Shown here: piece by piece, positions 44,579 through 58,177 of the stretch
How positions within the stretch are numbered: the first letter of the stretch is position 1
Layout of the letters: the number at the start of each line of letters is the position of its first letter
DNA from: Auanema rhodensis
Taxonomy: Eukaryota; Animalia; Nematoda
Reading direction: 5' to 3'
Length of the DNA stretch: 64,000 nucleotides
Assembly (NCBI GenBank): GCA_964057225.1
Contig: OZ059896.1
Location: 2,232,001-2,296,000 of the forward strand
Notes under the pieces: model-generated
Seen by the model: the letters and a program-made list of their open reading frames with translations, nothing else
What the model was told of the DNA's origin: nothing
Databases searched by the model: none
Translations under genes and position numbers: made by a program

Positions 44579-47500
44579 TTTCAAACAATCATAACTAATT
44601 TTTGTATTGAGCGTTTCTCCACGTAGTATAGTGCATTCGATGCGGATTTTTAAGCTGCGTCGATCTGTGTTATCAGATTTGCGCTAGCTTGAAAATGCAC
44701 CGAGATATCAACTGATATAGGTTCACACTTATATCCTCGATTTTCACCCTGAAGATTTAATTTTTTCGTTGAATAACATTGTCCATCGTCTTTGTCTTGA
44801 AAAAAGGAATCTAAAAACATCTACTTTTTGTGAAATTATTTTGAAATTTTTCGGGAAAATTTTTGTCAAAATGTTTTTGGAAGCATTGTTGAGTGTACAT
44901 GGAAACTCAACATACACTAATGCATCATTTTTCAAACGATCATAACTAATTTTTGTATTGAGTGTTTTCCAATGTAGTATAGTGCATTCGATGTGGATTT
45001 TTAAGCTGCGTCGATCTGTGTTATCAGATTTGCGCTAGCTTAAAAATGCACCGAGATATCAACTGATATAGGTTCACACTTATATCCTCGATTTTCACCC
45101 TGAAGAATTAATTTTTTTGTTGAATAACAATGTCCATCGTCTTTGTCTTGAAAAAAGGAATCTAAAAACATCTACTTTTTGTGAAATTATTTTGAAATTT
45201 TTCGGGAAAATTTTTGTCAAAATGTTTTTGGAAGCAATGTTGAGTGTACATGGAAACTCAACATACACTAATGCATCATTTTTCAAACGATCATAACTAA
45301 TTTTTGTATTGAGTGTTTTCCAATGTAGTATAGTGCATTCGATGTGGATTTTTAAGCTGCGTCGATCTGTGTTATCAGATTTGCGCTAGCTTGAAAATGC
45401 ACCGAGATATCAACTGATATAGGTTCACACTTATATCCTCGATTTTCACCGTGAAGAATTAATTTTTTTGTTGAATAACAATGTCCATCGTCTTTGTCTT
45501 GAAAAAAGGAATCTAAAAACATCTACTTTTTGTGAAATTATTTTGAAATTTTTCGGGAAAATTTTTGTCAAAATGTTTTTGGAAGCATTGTTAAGTGTAC
45601 ATGGAAACTCAACATACACTAATGCATCATTTTTCAAACGATCATAACTAATTTTTGTATTGAGTATTTCCCAATGTAGTATAGTGCATTCGATGTGGAT
45701 TTTTAAGCTGCGTCAATCTGTGTTATCAGATTTGCGCTAGCTTAAAAATGCACCGAGATATCAACTGATATAAGTTCACACTTATATCCTCGATTTTCAC
45801 CCTGAAGAATTAATTTTTTTGTTGAATAACAATGTCCATCGTCTTTGTCTTGAAAAAAGGAATCTAAAAACATCTACTTTTTGTGAAATTATTTTGAAAT
45901 TTTTCGGGAAAATTTTTGTCAAAATGTTTTTGGAAGCAATGTTGAGTGTACATGGAAACTCAACATACACTAATGCATCATTTTTCAAACGATCATAACT
46001 AATTTTTGTATTGAGTGTTTTCCAATGTAGTATAGTGCATTCTATGTGGATTTTTAAGCTGCGTCGATCTGTGTTATCAGAATTGCGCTAGCTTAAAAAT
46101 GCACCGAGATATCAACTGATATAAGTTCACACTTATATCCTCGATTTTCACCCTGAAGAATTAATTTTTTTGTTGAATAACAATGTCCATCGTCTTTGTC
46201 TTGAAAAAAGGAATCTAAAAACATCTACTTTTTGTGAAATTATTTTGAAATTTTTCGGGAAAATTTTTGTCAAAATGTTTTTGGAAGCAATGTTGAGTGT
46301 ACATGGAAACTCAACATACACTAATGCATCATTTTTCAAACGATCATAACTAATTTTTGTATTGAGCGTTTCTCCATGTAGTATAGTGCATTCGATGCGG
46401 ATTTTTAAGCTGCGTCGATCTGTGTTATCAGATTTGCGCTAGCTTGAAAATGCACCGAGATATCAACTGATATAGGTTCACACTTATATCCTCGATTTTC
46501 ACCGTGAAGAATTAATTTTTTCGTTGAATAACAATGTCCATCGTCTTTGTCTTGAAAAAAGGAATCTAAAAACATCTACTTTTTGTAAATTTATTCTGAA
46601 ATTTTTCGGGAAAATGTTTGTCAAAATGTTTTTGGAAGCAATGTTGAGTGTACATGGAAACTCAACATACACTAATGCATCATTTTTCAAACAATCATAA
46701 CTAATTTTTGTATTGAGCGTTTCTTAATGTAGTATAGTACATTCGATGCGGATTTTTAAGCTGCGTCGATCTGTGTTATCAGATTTGCGCTAGCTTAAAA
46801 ATGAACCGAGATATCAACTGATATAGGTTCACACTTATATCCTCGATTTTCACCGTGAAGAATTAATTTTTTTGTTGAATGACAATGTCCATCGTCTTTG
46901 TCTTGAAAAAAGGAATCTAAAAACATCTACTTTTTGTAAATTTATTCTGAAATTTTTCGGGAAAATGTTTGTCAAAATGTTTTTGGAAGCAATGTTGAGT
47001 GTACATGGAAACTCAACATACACTAATGCATCATTTTTCAAACGATCATAACTAATTTTTGTATTGAGCGTTTCTTCATGTAGTATAGTGCATTCGATGC
47101 GGATTTTTAAGCTGCGTCGATCTGTGTTATCAGATTTGCGCTAGCTTGAAAATGAACCGAGATATCAACTGATATAGGTTCACACTTATATCCTCGATTT
47201 TCACCGTGAAGAATTAATTTTTTTGTTGAATAACAATGTCCATCGTCTTTGTCTTGAAAAAAGGAATCTAAAAACATCTACTTTTTGTGAAATTATTTTG
47301 AAATTTTTCGTGAAAATTTTTGTCAAAATGTTTTTGGAAGCATTGTTGAGTGTACATGGAAACTCAACATACACTAATGCATCATTTTTCAAACGATCAT
47401 AACTAATTTTTGTATTGAGCGTTTCTCCATGTAGTATAGTGCATTCGATGCGGATTTTTAAGCTGCGTCGATCTGTGTTATCAGATTTGCGCTAGCTTGA

Positions 47501-50500
47501 AAATGAACCGAGATATCAACTGATATAGGTTCACACTTATATCCTCGATTTTCACCGTGAAGAATTAATTTTTTTGTTGAATAACAATGTCCATCGTCTT
47601 TGTCTTGAAAAAAGGAATCTAAAAACATCTACTTTTTGTGAAATTATTTTGAAATTTTTCGGGAAAATTTTTGTCAAAATGTTTTTGGAAGCATTGTTAA
47701 GTGTACATGGAAACTCAACATACACTAATGCATCATTTTTCAAACGATCATAACTAATTTTTGTATTGAGTATTTCCCAGTGTAGTATAGTGCATTCGAT
47801 GTGGATTTTTAAGCTGCGTCAATCTGTGTTATCAGATTTGCGCTAGCTTAAAAATGCACCGAGATATCAACTGATATAAGTTCACACTTATATCCTCGAT
47901 TTTCACCCTGAAGAATTAATTTTTTTGTTGAATAACAATGTCCATCGTCTTTGTCTTGAAAAAAGGAATCTAAAAACATCTACTTTTTGTGAAATTATTT
48001 TGAAATTTTTCGGGAAAATTTTTGTCAAAATGTTTTTGGAAGCAATGTTGAGTGTACATGGAAACTCAACATACACTAATGCATCATTTTTCAAACGATC
48101 ATAACTAATTTTTGTATTGAGCGTTTCTCCATGTAGTATAGTGCATTCGATGCGGATTTTTAAGCTGCGTCGATCTGTGTTATCAGATTTGCGCTAGCTT
48201 GAAAATGCACCGAGATATCAACTGATATAGGTTCACACTTATATCCTCGATTTTCACCGTGAAGAATTAATTTTTTCGTTGAATAACAATGTCCATCGTC
48301 TTTGTCTTGAAAAAAGGAATCTAAAAACATCTACTTTTTGTAAATTTATTCTGAAATTTTTCGGGAAAATGTTTGTCAAAATGTTTTTGGAAGCAATGTT
48401 GAGTGTACATGGAAACTCAACATACACTAATGCATCATTTTTCAAACAATCATAACTAATTTTTGTATTGAGCGTTTCTTAATGTAGTATAGTACATTCG
48501 ATGCGGATTTTTAAGCTGCGTCGATCTGTGTTATCAGATTTGCGCTAGCTTAAAAATGAACCGAGATATCAACTGATATAGGTTCACACTTATATCCTCG
48601 ATTTTCACCGTGAAGAATTAATTTTTTTGTTGAATGACAATGTCCATCGTCTTTGTCTTGAAAAAAGGAATCTAAAAACATCTACTTTTTGTAAATTTAT
48701 TCTGAAATTTTTCGGGAAAATGTTTGTCAAAATGTTTTTGGAAGCAATGTTGAGTGTACATGGAAACTCAACATACACTAATGCATCATTTTTCAAACGA
48801 TCATAACTAATTTTTGTATTGAGCGTTTCTCCATGTAGTATAGTGCATTCGATGCGGATTTTTAAGCTGCGTCGATCTGTGTTATCAGATTTGCGCTAGC
48901 TTGAAAATGAACCGAGATATCAACTGATATAGGTTCACACTTATATCCTCGATTTTCACCGTGAAGAATTAATTTTTTTGTTGAATAACAATGTCCATCG
49001 TCTTTGTCTTGAAAAAAGGAATCTAAAAACATCTACTTTTTGTGAAATTATTTTGAAATTTTTCGTGAAAATTTTTGTCAAAATGTTTTTGGAAGCATTG
49101 TTGAGTGTACATGGAAACTCAACATACACTAATGCATCATTTTTCAAACGATCATAACTAATTTTTGTATTGAGCGTTTCTCCATGTAGTATAGTGCATT
49201 CGATGCGGATTTTTAAGCTGCGTCGATCTGTGTTATCAGATTTGCGCTAGCTTGAAAATGCACCGAGATATCAACTGATATAGGTTCACACTTATATCCT
49301 CGATTTTCATAGTGAAGAATTAATTTTTTTGTTGAATAAGAATGTCCATCGTCTTTGTCTTGAAAGAAGGAATCTAAAAACATCTACTTTTTGTGAAATT
49401 ATTTTGAAATTTTTCGGGAAAATTTTTGTCAAAATGTTTTTGGAAGCATTGTTGAGTGTACATGGAAACTCAACATACACTAATGCATCATTTTTCAAAC
49501 GATCATAACTAATTTTTGTATTGAGCGTTTCTCCACGTAGTATAGTGCATTCGATGCGGATTTTTAAGCTGCGTCGATCTGTGTTATCAGATTTGCGCTA
49601 GCTTGAAAATGCACCGAGATATCAACTGATATAGGTTCACACTTATATCCTCGATTTTCACCCTGAAGATTTAATTTTTTCGTTGAATAACATTGTCCAT
49701 CGTCTTTGTCTTGAAAAAAGGAATCTAAAAACATCTACTTTTTGTGAAATTATTTTGAAATTTTTCGGGAAAATTTTTGTCAAAATGTTTTTGGAAGCAT
49801 TGTTGAGTGTACATGGAAACGCAACATACACTAATGCATCATTTTTCAAACGATCATAACTAATTTTTGTATTGAGCGTTTCTCCATGTAGTATAGTGCA
49901 TTCGATGCGGATTTTTAAGCTGCGTCGATCTGTGTTATCAGATTTGCGCTAGCTTGAAAATGCACCGAGATATCAACTGATATAGGTTCACACTTATATC
50001 CTCGATTTTCACCCTGAAGATTTAATTTTTTCGTTGAATAACATTGTCCATCGTCTTTGTCTTGAAAAAAGGAATCTAAAAACATCTACTTTTTGTGAAA
50101 TTATTTTGAAATTTTTCGGGAAAATTTTTGTCAAAATGTTTTTGGAAGCATTGTTGAGTGTACATGAAAACTCAACATACACTAATGCATCATTTTTCAA
50201 ACGATCATAACTAATTTTTGTATTGAGCGTTTCTCCATGTAGTATAGTGCATTCGATGCGGATTTTTAAGCTGCGTCGATCTGTGTTATCAGATTTGCGC
50301 TAGCTTAAAAATGCACCTAGATATCAACTGATATAAGTTCACACTTATATCCTCGATTTTCACCGTGAAGAATTAATTTTTTTGTTGAATAACAATGTCC
50401 ATCGTCTTTGTCTTGAAAAAAGGAATCTAAAAACATCTACTTTTTGTGAAATTATTTTGAAATTTTTCGGGAAAATTTTTGTCAAAATGTTTTTGGAAGC

Positions 50501-53500
50501 AATGTTGAGTGTACATGGAAACTCAACATACACTAATGCATCATTTTTCAAACAATCATAACTAATTTTTGTATTGAGCGTTTCTCCACGTAGTATAGTG
50601 CATTCGATGCGGATTTTTAAGCTGCGTCGATCTGTGTTATCAGATTTGCGCTAGCTTGAAAATGCACCGAGATATCAACTGATATAGGTTCACACTTATA
50701 TCCTCGATTTTCACCCTGAAGATTTAATTTTTTCGTTGAATAACATTGTCCATCGTCTTTGTCTTGAAAAAAGGAATCTAAAAACATCTACTTTTTGTGA
50801 AATTATTTTGAAATTTTTCGGGAAAATTTTTGTCAAAATGTTTTTGGAAGCATTGTTGAGTGTACATGGAAACTCAACATACACTAATGCATCATTTTTC
50901 AAACGATCATAACTAATTTTTGTATTGAGTGTTTTCCAATGTAGTATAGTGCATTCGATGTGGATTTTTAAGCTGCGTCGATCTGTGTTATCAGATTTGC
51001 GCTAGCTTAAAAATGCACCGAGATATCAACTGATATAGGTTCACACTTATATCCTCGATTTTCACCCTGAAGAATTAATTTTTTTGTTGAATAACAATGT
51101 CCATCGTCTTTGTCTTGAAAAAAGGAATCTAAAAACATCTACTTTTTGTGAAATTATTTTGAAATTTTTCGGGAAAATTTTTGTCAAAATGTTTTTGGAA
51201 GCAATGTTGAGTGTACATGGAAACTCAACATACACTAATGCATCATTTTTCAAACGATCATAACTAATTTTTGTATTGAGTGTTTTCCAATGTAGTATAG
51301 TGCATTCGATGTGGATTTTTAAGCTGCGTCGATCTGTGTTATCAGATTTGCGCTAGCTTGAAAATGCACCGAGATATCAACTGATATAGGTTCACACTTA
51401 TATCCTCGATTTTCACCGTGAAGAATTAATTTTTTTGTTGAATAACAATGTCCATCGTCTTTGTCTTGAAAAAAGGAATCTAAAAACATCTACTTTTTGT
51501 GAAATTATTTTGAAATTTTTCGGGAAAATTTTTGTCAAAATGTTTTTGGAAGCATTGTTAAGTGTACATGGAAACTCAACATACACTAATGCATCATTTT
51601 TCAAACGATCATAACTAATTTTTGTATTGAGTATTTCCCAATGTAGTATAGTGCATTCGATGTGGATTTTTAAGCTGCGTCAATCTGTGTTATCAGATTT
51701 GCGCTAGCTTAAAAATGCACCGAGATATCAACTGATATAAGTTCACACTTATATCCTCGATTTTCACCCTGAAGAATTAATTTTTTTGTTGAATAACAAT
51801 GTCCATCGTCTTTGTCTTGAAAAAAGGAATCTAAAAACATCTACTTTTTGTGAAATTATTTTGAAATTTTTCGGGAAAATTTTTGTCAAAATGTTTTTGG
51901 AAGCAATGTTGAGTGTACATGGAAACTCAACATACACTAATGCATCATTTTTCAAACGATCATAACTAATTTTTGTATTGAGTGTTTTCCAATGTAGTAT
52001 AGTGCATTCGATGTGGATTTTTAAGCTGCGTCGATCTGTGTTATCAGATTTGCGCTAGCTTAAAAATGCACCGAGATATCAACTGATATAAGTTCACACT
52101 TATATCCTCGATTTTCACCCTGAAGAATTAATTTTTTTGTTGAATAACAATGTCCATCGTCTTTGTCTTGAAAAAAGGAATCTAAAAACATCTACTTTTT
52201 GTGAAATTATTTTGAAATTTTTCGGGAAAATTTTTGTCAAAATGTTTTTGGAAGCAATGTTGAGTGTACATGGAAACTCAACATACACTAATGCATCATT
52301 TTTCAAACGATCATAACTAATTTTTGTATTGAGCGTTTCTCCATGTAGTATAGTGCATTCGATGCGGATTTTTAAGCTGCGTCGATCTGTGTTATCAGAT
52401 TTGCGCTAGCTTGAAAATGCACCGAGATATCAACTGATATAGGTTCACACTTATATCCTCGATTTTCACCGTGAAGAATTAATTTTTTCGTTGAATAACA
52501 ATGTCCATCGTCTTTGTCTTGAAAAAAGGAATCTAAAAACATCTACTTTTTGTAAATTTATTCTGAAATTTTTCGGGAAAATGTTTGTCAAAATGTTTTT
52601 GGAAGCAATGTTGAGTGTACATGGAAACTCAACATACACTAATGCATCATTTTTCAAACAATCATAACTAATTTTTGTATTGAGCGTTTCTTAATGTAGT
52701 ATAGTACATTCGATGCGGATTTTTAAGCTGCGTCGATCTGTGTTATCAGATTTGCGCTAGCTTAAAAATGAACCGAGATATCAACTGATATAGGTTCACA
52801 CTTATATCCTCGATTTTCACCGTGAAGAATTAATTTTTTTGTTGAATGACAATGTCCATCGTCTTTGTCTTGAAAAAAGGAATCTAAAAACATCTACTTT
52901 TTGTAAATTTATTCTGAAATTTTTCGGGAAAATGTTTGTCAAAATGTTTTTGGAAGCAATGTTGAGTGTACATGGAAACTCAACATACACTAATGCATCA
53001 TTTTTCAAACGATCATAACTAATTTTTGTATTGAGCGTTTCTTCATGTAGTATAGTGCATTCGATGCGGATTTTTAAGCTGCGTCGATCTGTGTTATCAG
53101 ATTTGCGCTAGCTTGAAAATGAACCGAGATATCAACTGATATAGGTTCACACTTATATCCTCGATTTTCACCGTGAAGAATTAATTTTTTTGTTGAATAA
53201 CAATGTCCATCGTCTTTGTCTTGAAAAAAGGAATCTAAAAACATCTACTTTTTGTGAAATTATTTTGAAATTTTTCGTGAAAATTTTTGTCAAAATGTTT
53301 TTGGAAGCATTGTTGAGTGTACATGGAAACTCAACATACACTAATGCATCATTTTTCAAACGATCATAACTAATTTTTGTATTGAGCGTTTCTCCATGTA
53401 GTATAGTGCATTCGATGCGGATTTTTAAGCTGCGTCGATCTGTGTTATCAGATTTGCGCTAGCTTGAAAATGAACCGAGATATCAACTGATATAGGTTCA

Positions 53501-56500
53501 CACTTATATCCTCGATTTTCACCGTGAAGAATTAATTTTTTTGTTGAATAACAATGTCCATCGTCTTTGTCTTGAAAAAAGGAATCTAAAAACATCTACT
53601 TTTTGTGAAATTATTTTGAAATTTTTCGGGAAAATTTTTGTCAAAATGTTTTTGGAAGCATTGTTAAGTGTACATGGAAACTCAACATACACTAATGCAT
53701 CATTTTTCAAACGATCATAACTAATTTTTGTATTGAGTATTTCCCAATGTAGTATAGTGCATTCGATGTGGATTTTTAAGCTGCGTCAATCTGTGTTATC
53801 AGATTTGCGCTAGCTTAAAAATGCACCGAGATATCAACTGATATAAGTTCACACTTATATCCTCGATTTTCACCCTGAAGAATTAATTTTTTTGTTGAAT
53901 AACAATGTCCATCGTCTTTGTCTTGAAAAAAGGAATCTAAAAACATCTACTTTTTGTGAAATTATTTTGAAATTTTTCGGGAAAATTTTTGTCAAAATGT
54001 TTTTGGAAGCAATGTTGAGTGTACATGGAAACTCAACATACACTAATGCATCATTTTTCAAACGATCATAACTAATTTTTGTATTGAGTGTTTTCCAATG
54101 TAGTATAGTGCATTCGATGTGGATTTTTAAGCTGCGTCGATCTGTGTTATCAGATTTGCGCTAGCTTAAAAATGCACCGAGATATCAACTGATATAAGTT
54201 CACACTTATATCCTCGATTTTCACCCTGAAGAATTAATTTTTTTGTTGAATAACAATGTCCATCGTCTTTGTCTTGAAAAAAGGAATCTAAAAACATCTA
54301 CTTTTTGTGAAATTATTTTGAAATTTTTCGGGAAAATTTTTGTCAAAATGTTTTTGGAAGCAATGTTGAGTGTACATGGAAACTCAACATACACTAATGC
54401 ATCATTTTTCAAACGATCATAACTAATTTTTGTATTGAGCGTTTCTCCATGTAGTATAGTGCATTCGATGCGGATTTTTAAGCTGCGTCGATCTGTGTTA
54501 TCAGATTTGCGCTAGCTTGAAAATGCACCGAGATATCAACTGATATAGGTTCACACTTATATCCTCGATTTTCACCGTGAAGAATTAATTTTTTCGTTGA
54601 ATAACAATGTCCATCGTCTTTGTCTTGAAAAAAGGAATCTAAAAACATCTACTTTTTGTAAATTTATTCTGAAATTTTTCGGGAAAATGTTTGTCAAAAT
54701 GTTTTTGGAAGCAATGTTGAGTGTACATGGAAACTCAACATACACTAATGCATCATTTTTCAAACAATCATAACTAATTTTTGTATTGAGCGTTTCTTAA
54801 TGTAGTATAGTACATTCGATGCGGATTTTTAAGCTGCGTCGATCTGTGTTATCAGATTTGCGCTAGCTTAAAAATGAACCGAGATATCAACTGATATAGG
54901 TTCACACTTATATCCTCGATTTTCACCGTGAAGAATTAATTTTTTTGTTGAATGACAATGTCCATCGTCTTTGTCTTGAAAAAAGGAATCTAAAAACATC
55001 TACTTTTTGTAAATTTATTCTGAAATTTTTCGGGAAAATGTTTGTCAAAATGTTTTTGGAAGCAATGTTGAGTGTACATGGAAACTCAACATACACTAAT
55101 GCATCATTTTTCAAACGATCATAACTAATTTTTGTATTGAGCGTTTCTCCATGTAGTATAGTGCATTCGATGCGGATTTTTAAGCTGCGTCGATCTGTGT
55201 TATCAGATTTGCGCTAGCTTGAAAATGAACCGAGATATCAACTGATATAGGTTCACACTTATATCCTCGATTTTCACCGTGAAGAATTAATTTTTTTGTT
55301 GAATAACAATGTCCATCGTCTTTGTCTTGAAAAAAGGAATCTAAAAACATCTACTTTTTGTGAAATTATTTTGAAATTTTTCGTGAAAATTTTTGTCAAA
55401 ATGTTTTTGGAAGCATTGTTGAGTGTACATGGAAACTCAACATACACTAATGCATCATTTTTCAAACGATCATAACTAATTTTTGTATTGAGCGTTTCTC
55501 CATGTAGTATAGTGCATTCGATGCGGATTTTTAAGCTGCGTCGATCTGTGTTATCAGATTTGCGCTAGCTTGAAAATGCACCGAGATATCAACTGATATA
55601 GGTTCACACTTATATCCTCGATTTTCATAGTGAAGAATTAATTTTTTTGTTGAATAAGAATGTCCATCGTCTTTGTCTTGAAAGAAGGAATCTAAAAACA
55701 TCTACTTTTTGTGAAATTATTTTGAAATTTTTCGGGAAAATTTTTGTCAAAATGTTTTTGGAAGCATTGTTGAGTGTACATGGAAACTCAACATACACTA
55801 ATGCATCATTTTTCAAACGATCATAACTAATTTTTGTATTGAGCGTTTCTCCACGTAGTATAGTGCATTCGATGCGGATTTTTAAGCTGCGTCGATCTGT
55901 GTTATCAGATTTGCGCTAGCTTGAAAATGCACCGAGATATCAACTGATATAGGTTCACACTTATATCCTCGATTTTCACCCTGAAGATTTAATTTTTTCG
56001 TTGAATAACATTGTCCATCGTCTTTGTCTTGAAAAAAGGAATCTAAAAACATCTACTTTTTGTGAAATTATTTTGAAATTTTTCGGGAAAATTTTTGTCA
56101 AAATGTTTTTGGAAGCATTGTTGAGTGTACATGGAAACGCAACATACACTAATGCATCATTTTTCAAACGATCATAACTAATTTTTGTATTGAGCGTTTC
56201 TCCATGTAGTATAGTGCATTCGATGCGGATTTTTAAGCTGCGTCGATCTGTGTTATCAGATTTGCGCTAGCTTGAAAATGCACCGAGATATCAACTGATA
56301 TAGGTTCACACTTATATCCTCGATTTTCACCCTGAAGATTTAATTTTTTCGTTGAATAACATTGTCCATCGTCTTTGTCTTGAAAAAAGGAATCTAAAAA
56401 CATCTACTTTTTGTGAAATTATTTTGAAATTTTTCGGGAAAATTTTTGTCAAAATGTTTTTGGAAGCATTGTTGAGTGTACATGAAAACTCAACATACAC

Positions 56501-56798
56501 TAATGCATCATTTTTCAAACGATAATAACTAATTTTTGTATTGAGCGTTTCTCCATGTAGTATAGTGCATTCGATGCGGATTTTTAAGCTGCGTCGATCT
56601 GTGTTATCAGATTTGCGCTAGCTTAAAAATGCACCGAGATATCAACTGATATAAGTTCACACTTATATCCTCGATTTTCACCCTGAAGAATTAATTTTTT
56701 TGTTGAATAACAATGTCCATCGTCTTTGTCTTGAAAAAAGGAATCTAAAAACATCTACTTTTTGTGAAATTATTTTGAAATTTTTCGGGAAAATTTTT
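44579..56798 (+). repeat. ~6-kb (17/18-monomer) tandem duplication containing nested 6-mer units
   Basis: The monomer-type order at ORFs 44744-50360 is repeated from 50711. The private variants aataagaatg+gaaagaagg and ggaaacgcaac occur only at ORFs 49307/49658 and 55625/55976, 6318 bp apart. The second copy has one extra monomer and is cut by the inversion junction. Confidence 0.88.
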
Positions 56799-56799
56799 C
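56798..56799. other. Orientation-switch (inversion/fold-back) junction
   Basis: The junction reads ...tttttcgggaaaattttt|ctacatggagaaacg... The left side stops at monomer position 286, where the next expected base is g. The right side starts at the complement of monomer position 48, where the preceding expected base is a. There is no inserted sequence and no microhomology. Confidence 0.96.
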
Positions 56800-57141
56800 T
56801 ACATGGAGAAACGCTCAATACAAAAATTAGTTATGATCGTTTGAAAAATGATGCATTAGTGTATGTTGAGTTTTCATGTACACTCAACAATGCTTCCAAA
56901 AACATTTTGACAAAAATTTTCCCGAAAAATTTCAAAATAATTTCACAAAAAGTAGATGTTTTTAGATTCCTTTTTTCAAGACAAAGACGATGGACAATGT
57001 TATTCAACGAAAAAATTAAATCTTCAGGGTGAAAATCGAGGATATAAGTGTGAACCTATATCAGTTGATATCTCGGTGCATTTTCAAGCTAGCGCAAATC
57101 TGATAACACAGATCGACGCAGCTTAAAAATCCGCATCGAAT

Positions 57142-57143
57142 GA
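57142..57143. other. 19-bp deletion junction (332-bp monomer), copy 1
   Basis: gcatcgaatg|acgctcaat lacks cactatactacatggagaa. Confidence 0.95.
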
Positions 57144-58175
57144 CGCTCAATACAAAAATTAGTTATGATCGTTTGAAAAATGATGCATTAGTGTATGTTG
57201 AGTTTCCATGTACACTCAACAATGCTTCCAAAAACATTTTGACAAAAATTTTCACGAAAAATTTCAAAATAATTTCACAAAAAGTAGATGTTTTTAGATT
57301 CCTTTTTTCAAGACAAAGACGATGGACATTGTTATTCAACAAAAAAATTAATTCTTCACGGTGAAAATCAAGGATATAAGTGTGAACCTATATCAGTTGA
57401 TATCTCGGTTCATTTTCAAGCTAGCGCAAATCTGATAACACAGATCGACGCAGCTTAAAAATCCGCATCGAATGCACTATACTACATGGAGAAACGCTCA
57501 ATACAAAAATTAGTTATGATCGTTTGAAAAATGATGCATTAGTGTATGTTGAGTTTCCATGTACACTCAACATTGCTTCCAAAAACATTTTGACAAACAT
57601 TTTCCCGAAAAATTTCAGAATAAATTTACAAAAAGTAGATGTTTTTAGATTCCTTTTTTCAAGACAAAGACGATGGACATTGTCATTCAACAAAAAAACT
57701 AATTCTTCACGGTGAAAATCGAGGATATAAGTGTGAACCTATATCAGTTGATATCTCGGTTCATTTTTAAGCTAGCGCAAATCTGATAACACAGATCGAC
57801 GCAGCTTAAAAATTCGCATCGAATGTACTATACTACATGAAGAAACGCTCAATACAAAAATTAGTTATGATTGTTTGAAAAATGATGCATTAGTGTATGT
57901 TGAGTTTCCATGTACACTCAACATTGCTTCCAAAAACATTTTGACAAACATTTTCCCGAAAAATTTCAGAATAAATTTACAAAAAGTAGATGTTTTTAGA
58001 TTCCTTTTTTCAAGACAAAGACGATGGACATTGTTATTCAACGAAAAAATTAATTCTTCACGGTGAAAATCGAGGATATAAGTGTGAACCTATATCAGTT
58101 GATATCTCGGTGCATTTTCAAGCTAGCGCAAATCTGATAACACAGATCGATGCAGCTTAAAAATCCGCATCGAAT

Positions 58176-58177
58176 GA
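58176..58177. other. 19-bp deletion junction, copy 2
   Basis: Identical cgaatg|acgctc joint; 332-bp step between ORF ends 58066 and 58398. Confidence 0.95.

Larger units (their letters stand above)
1..56798 (+). repeat. Tandem satellite DNA array, 351-bp monomer, ~162 head-to-tail copies (orientation A, defined here as consensus +)
   Basis: The unit tttcaaacgatcataactaatttttgtattgag...cactaatgcatcatt recurs every 351 bp (ORF track 166, 517, 868...). There is a single +1 phase shift near 23631-23635. Copies differ by only a few substitutions. The array runs off the left edge of the window. Confidence 0.99.

Noticed and set aside
56700-57032. 110-aa ORF across the junction
   Set aside because: It is a chance in-frame fusion of the antisense and sense monomer frames created by the flip.
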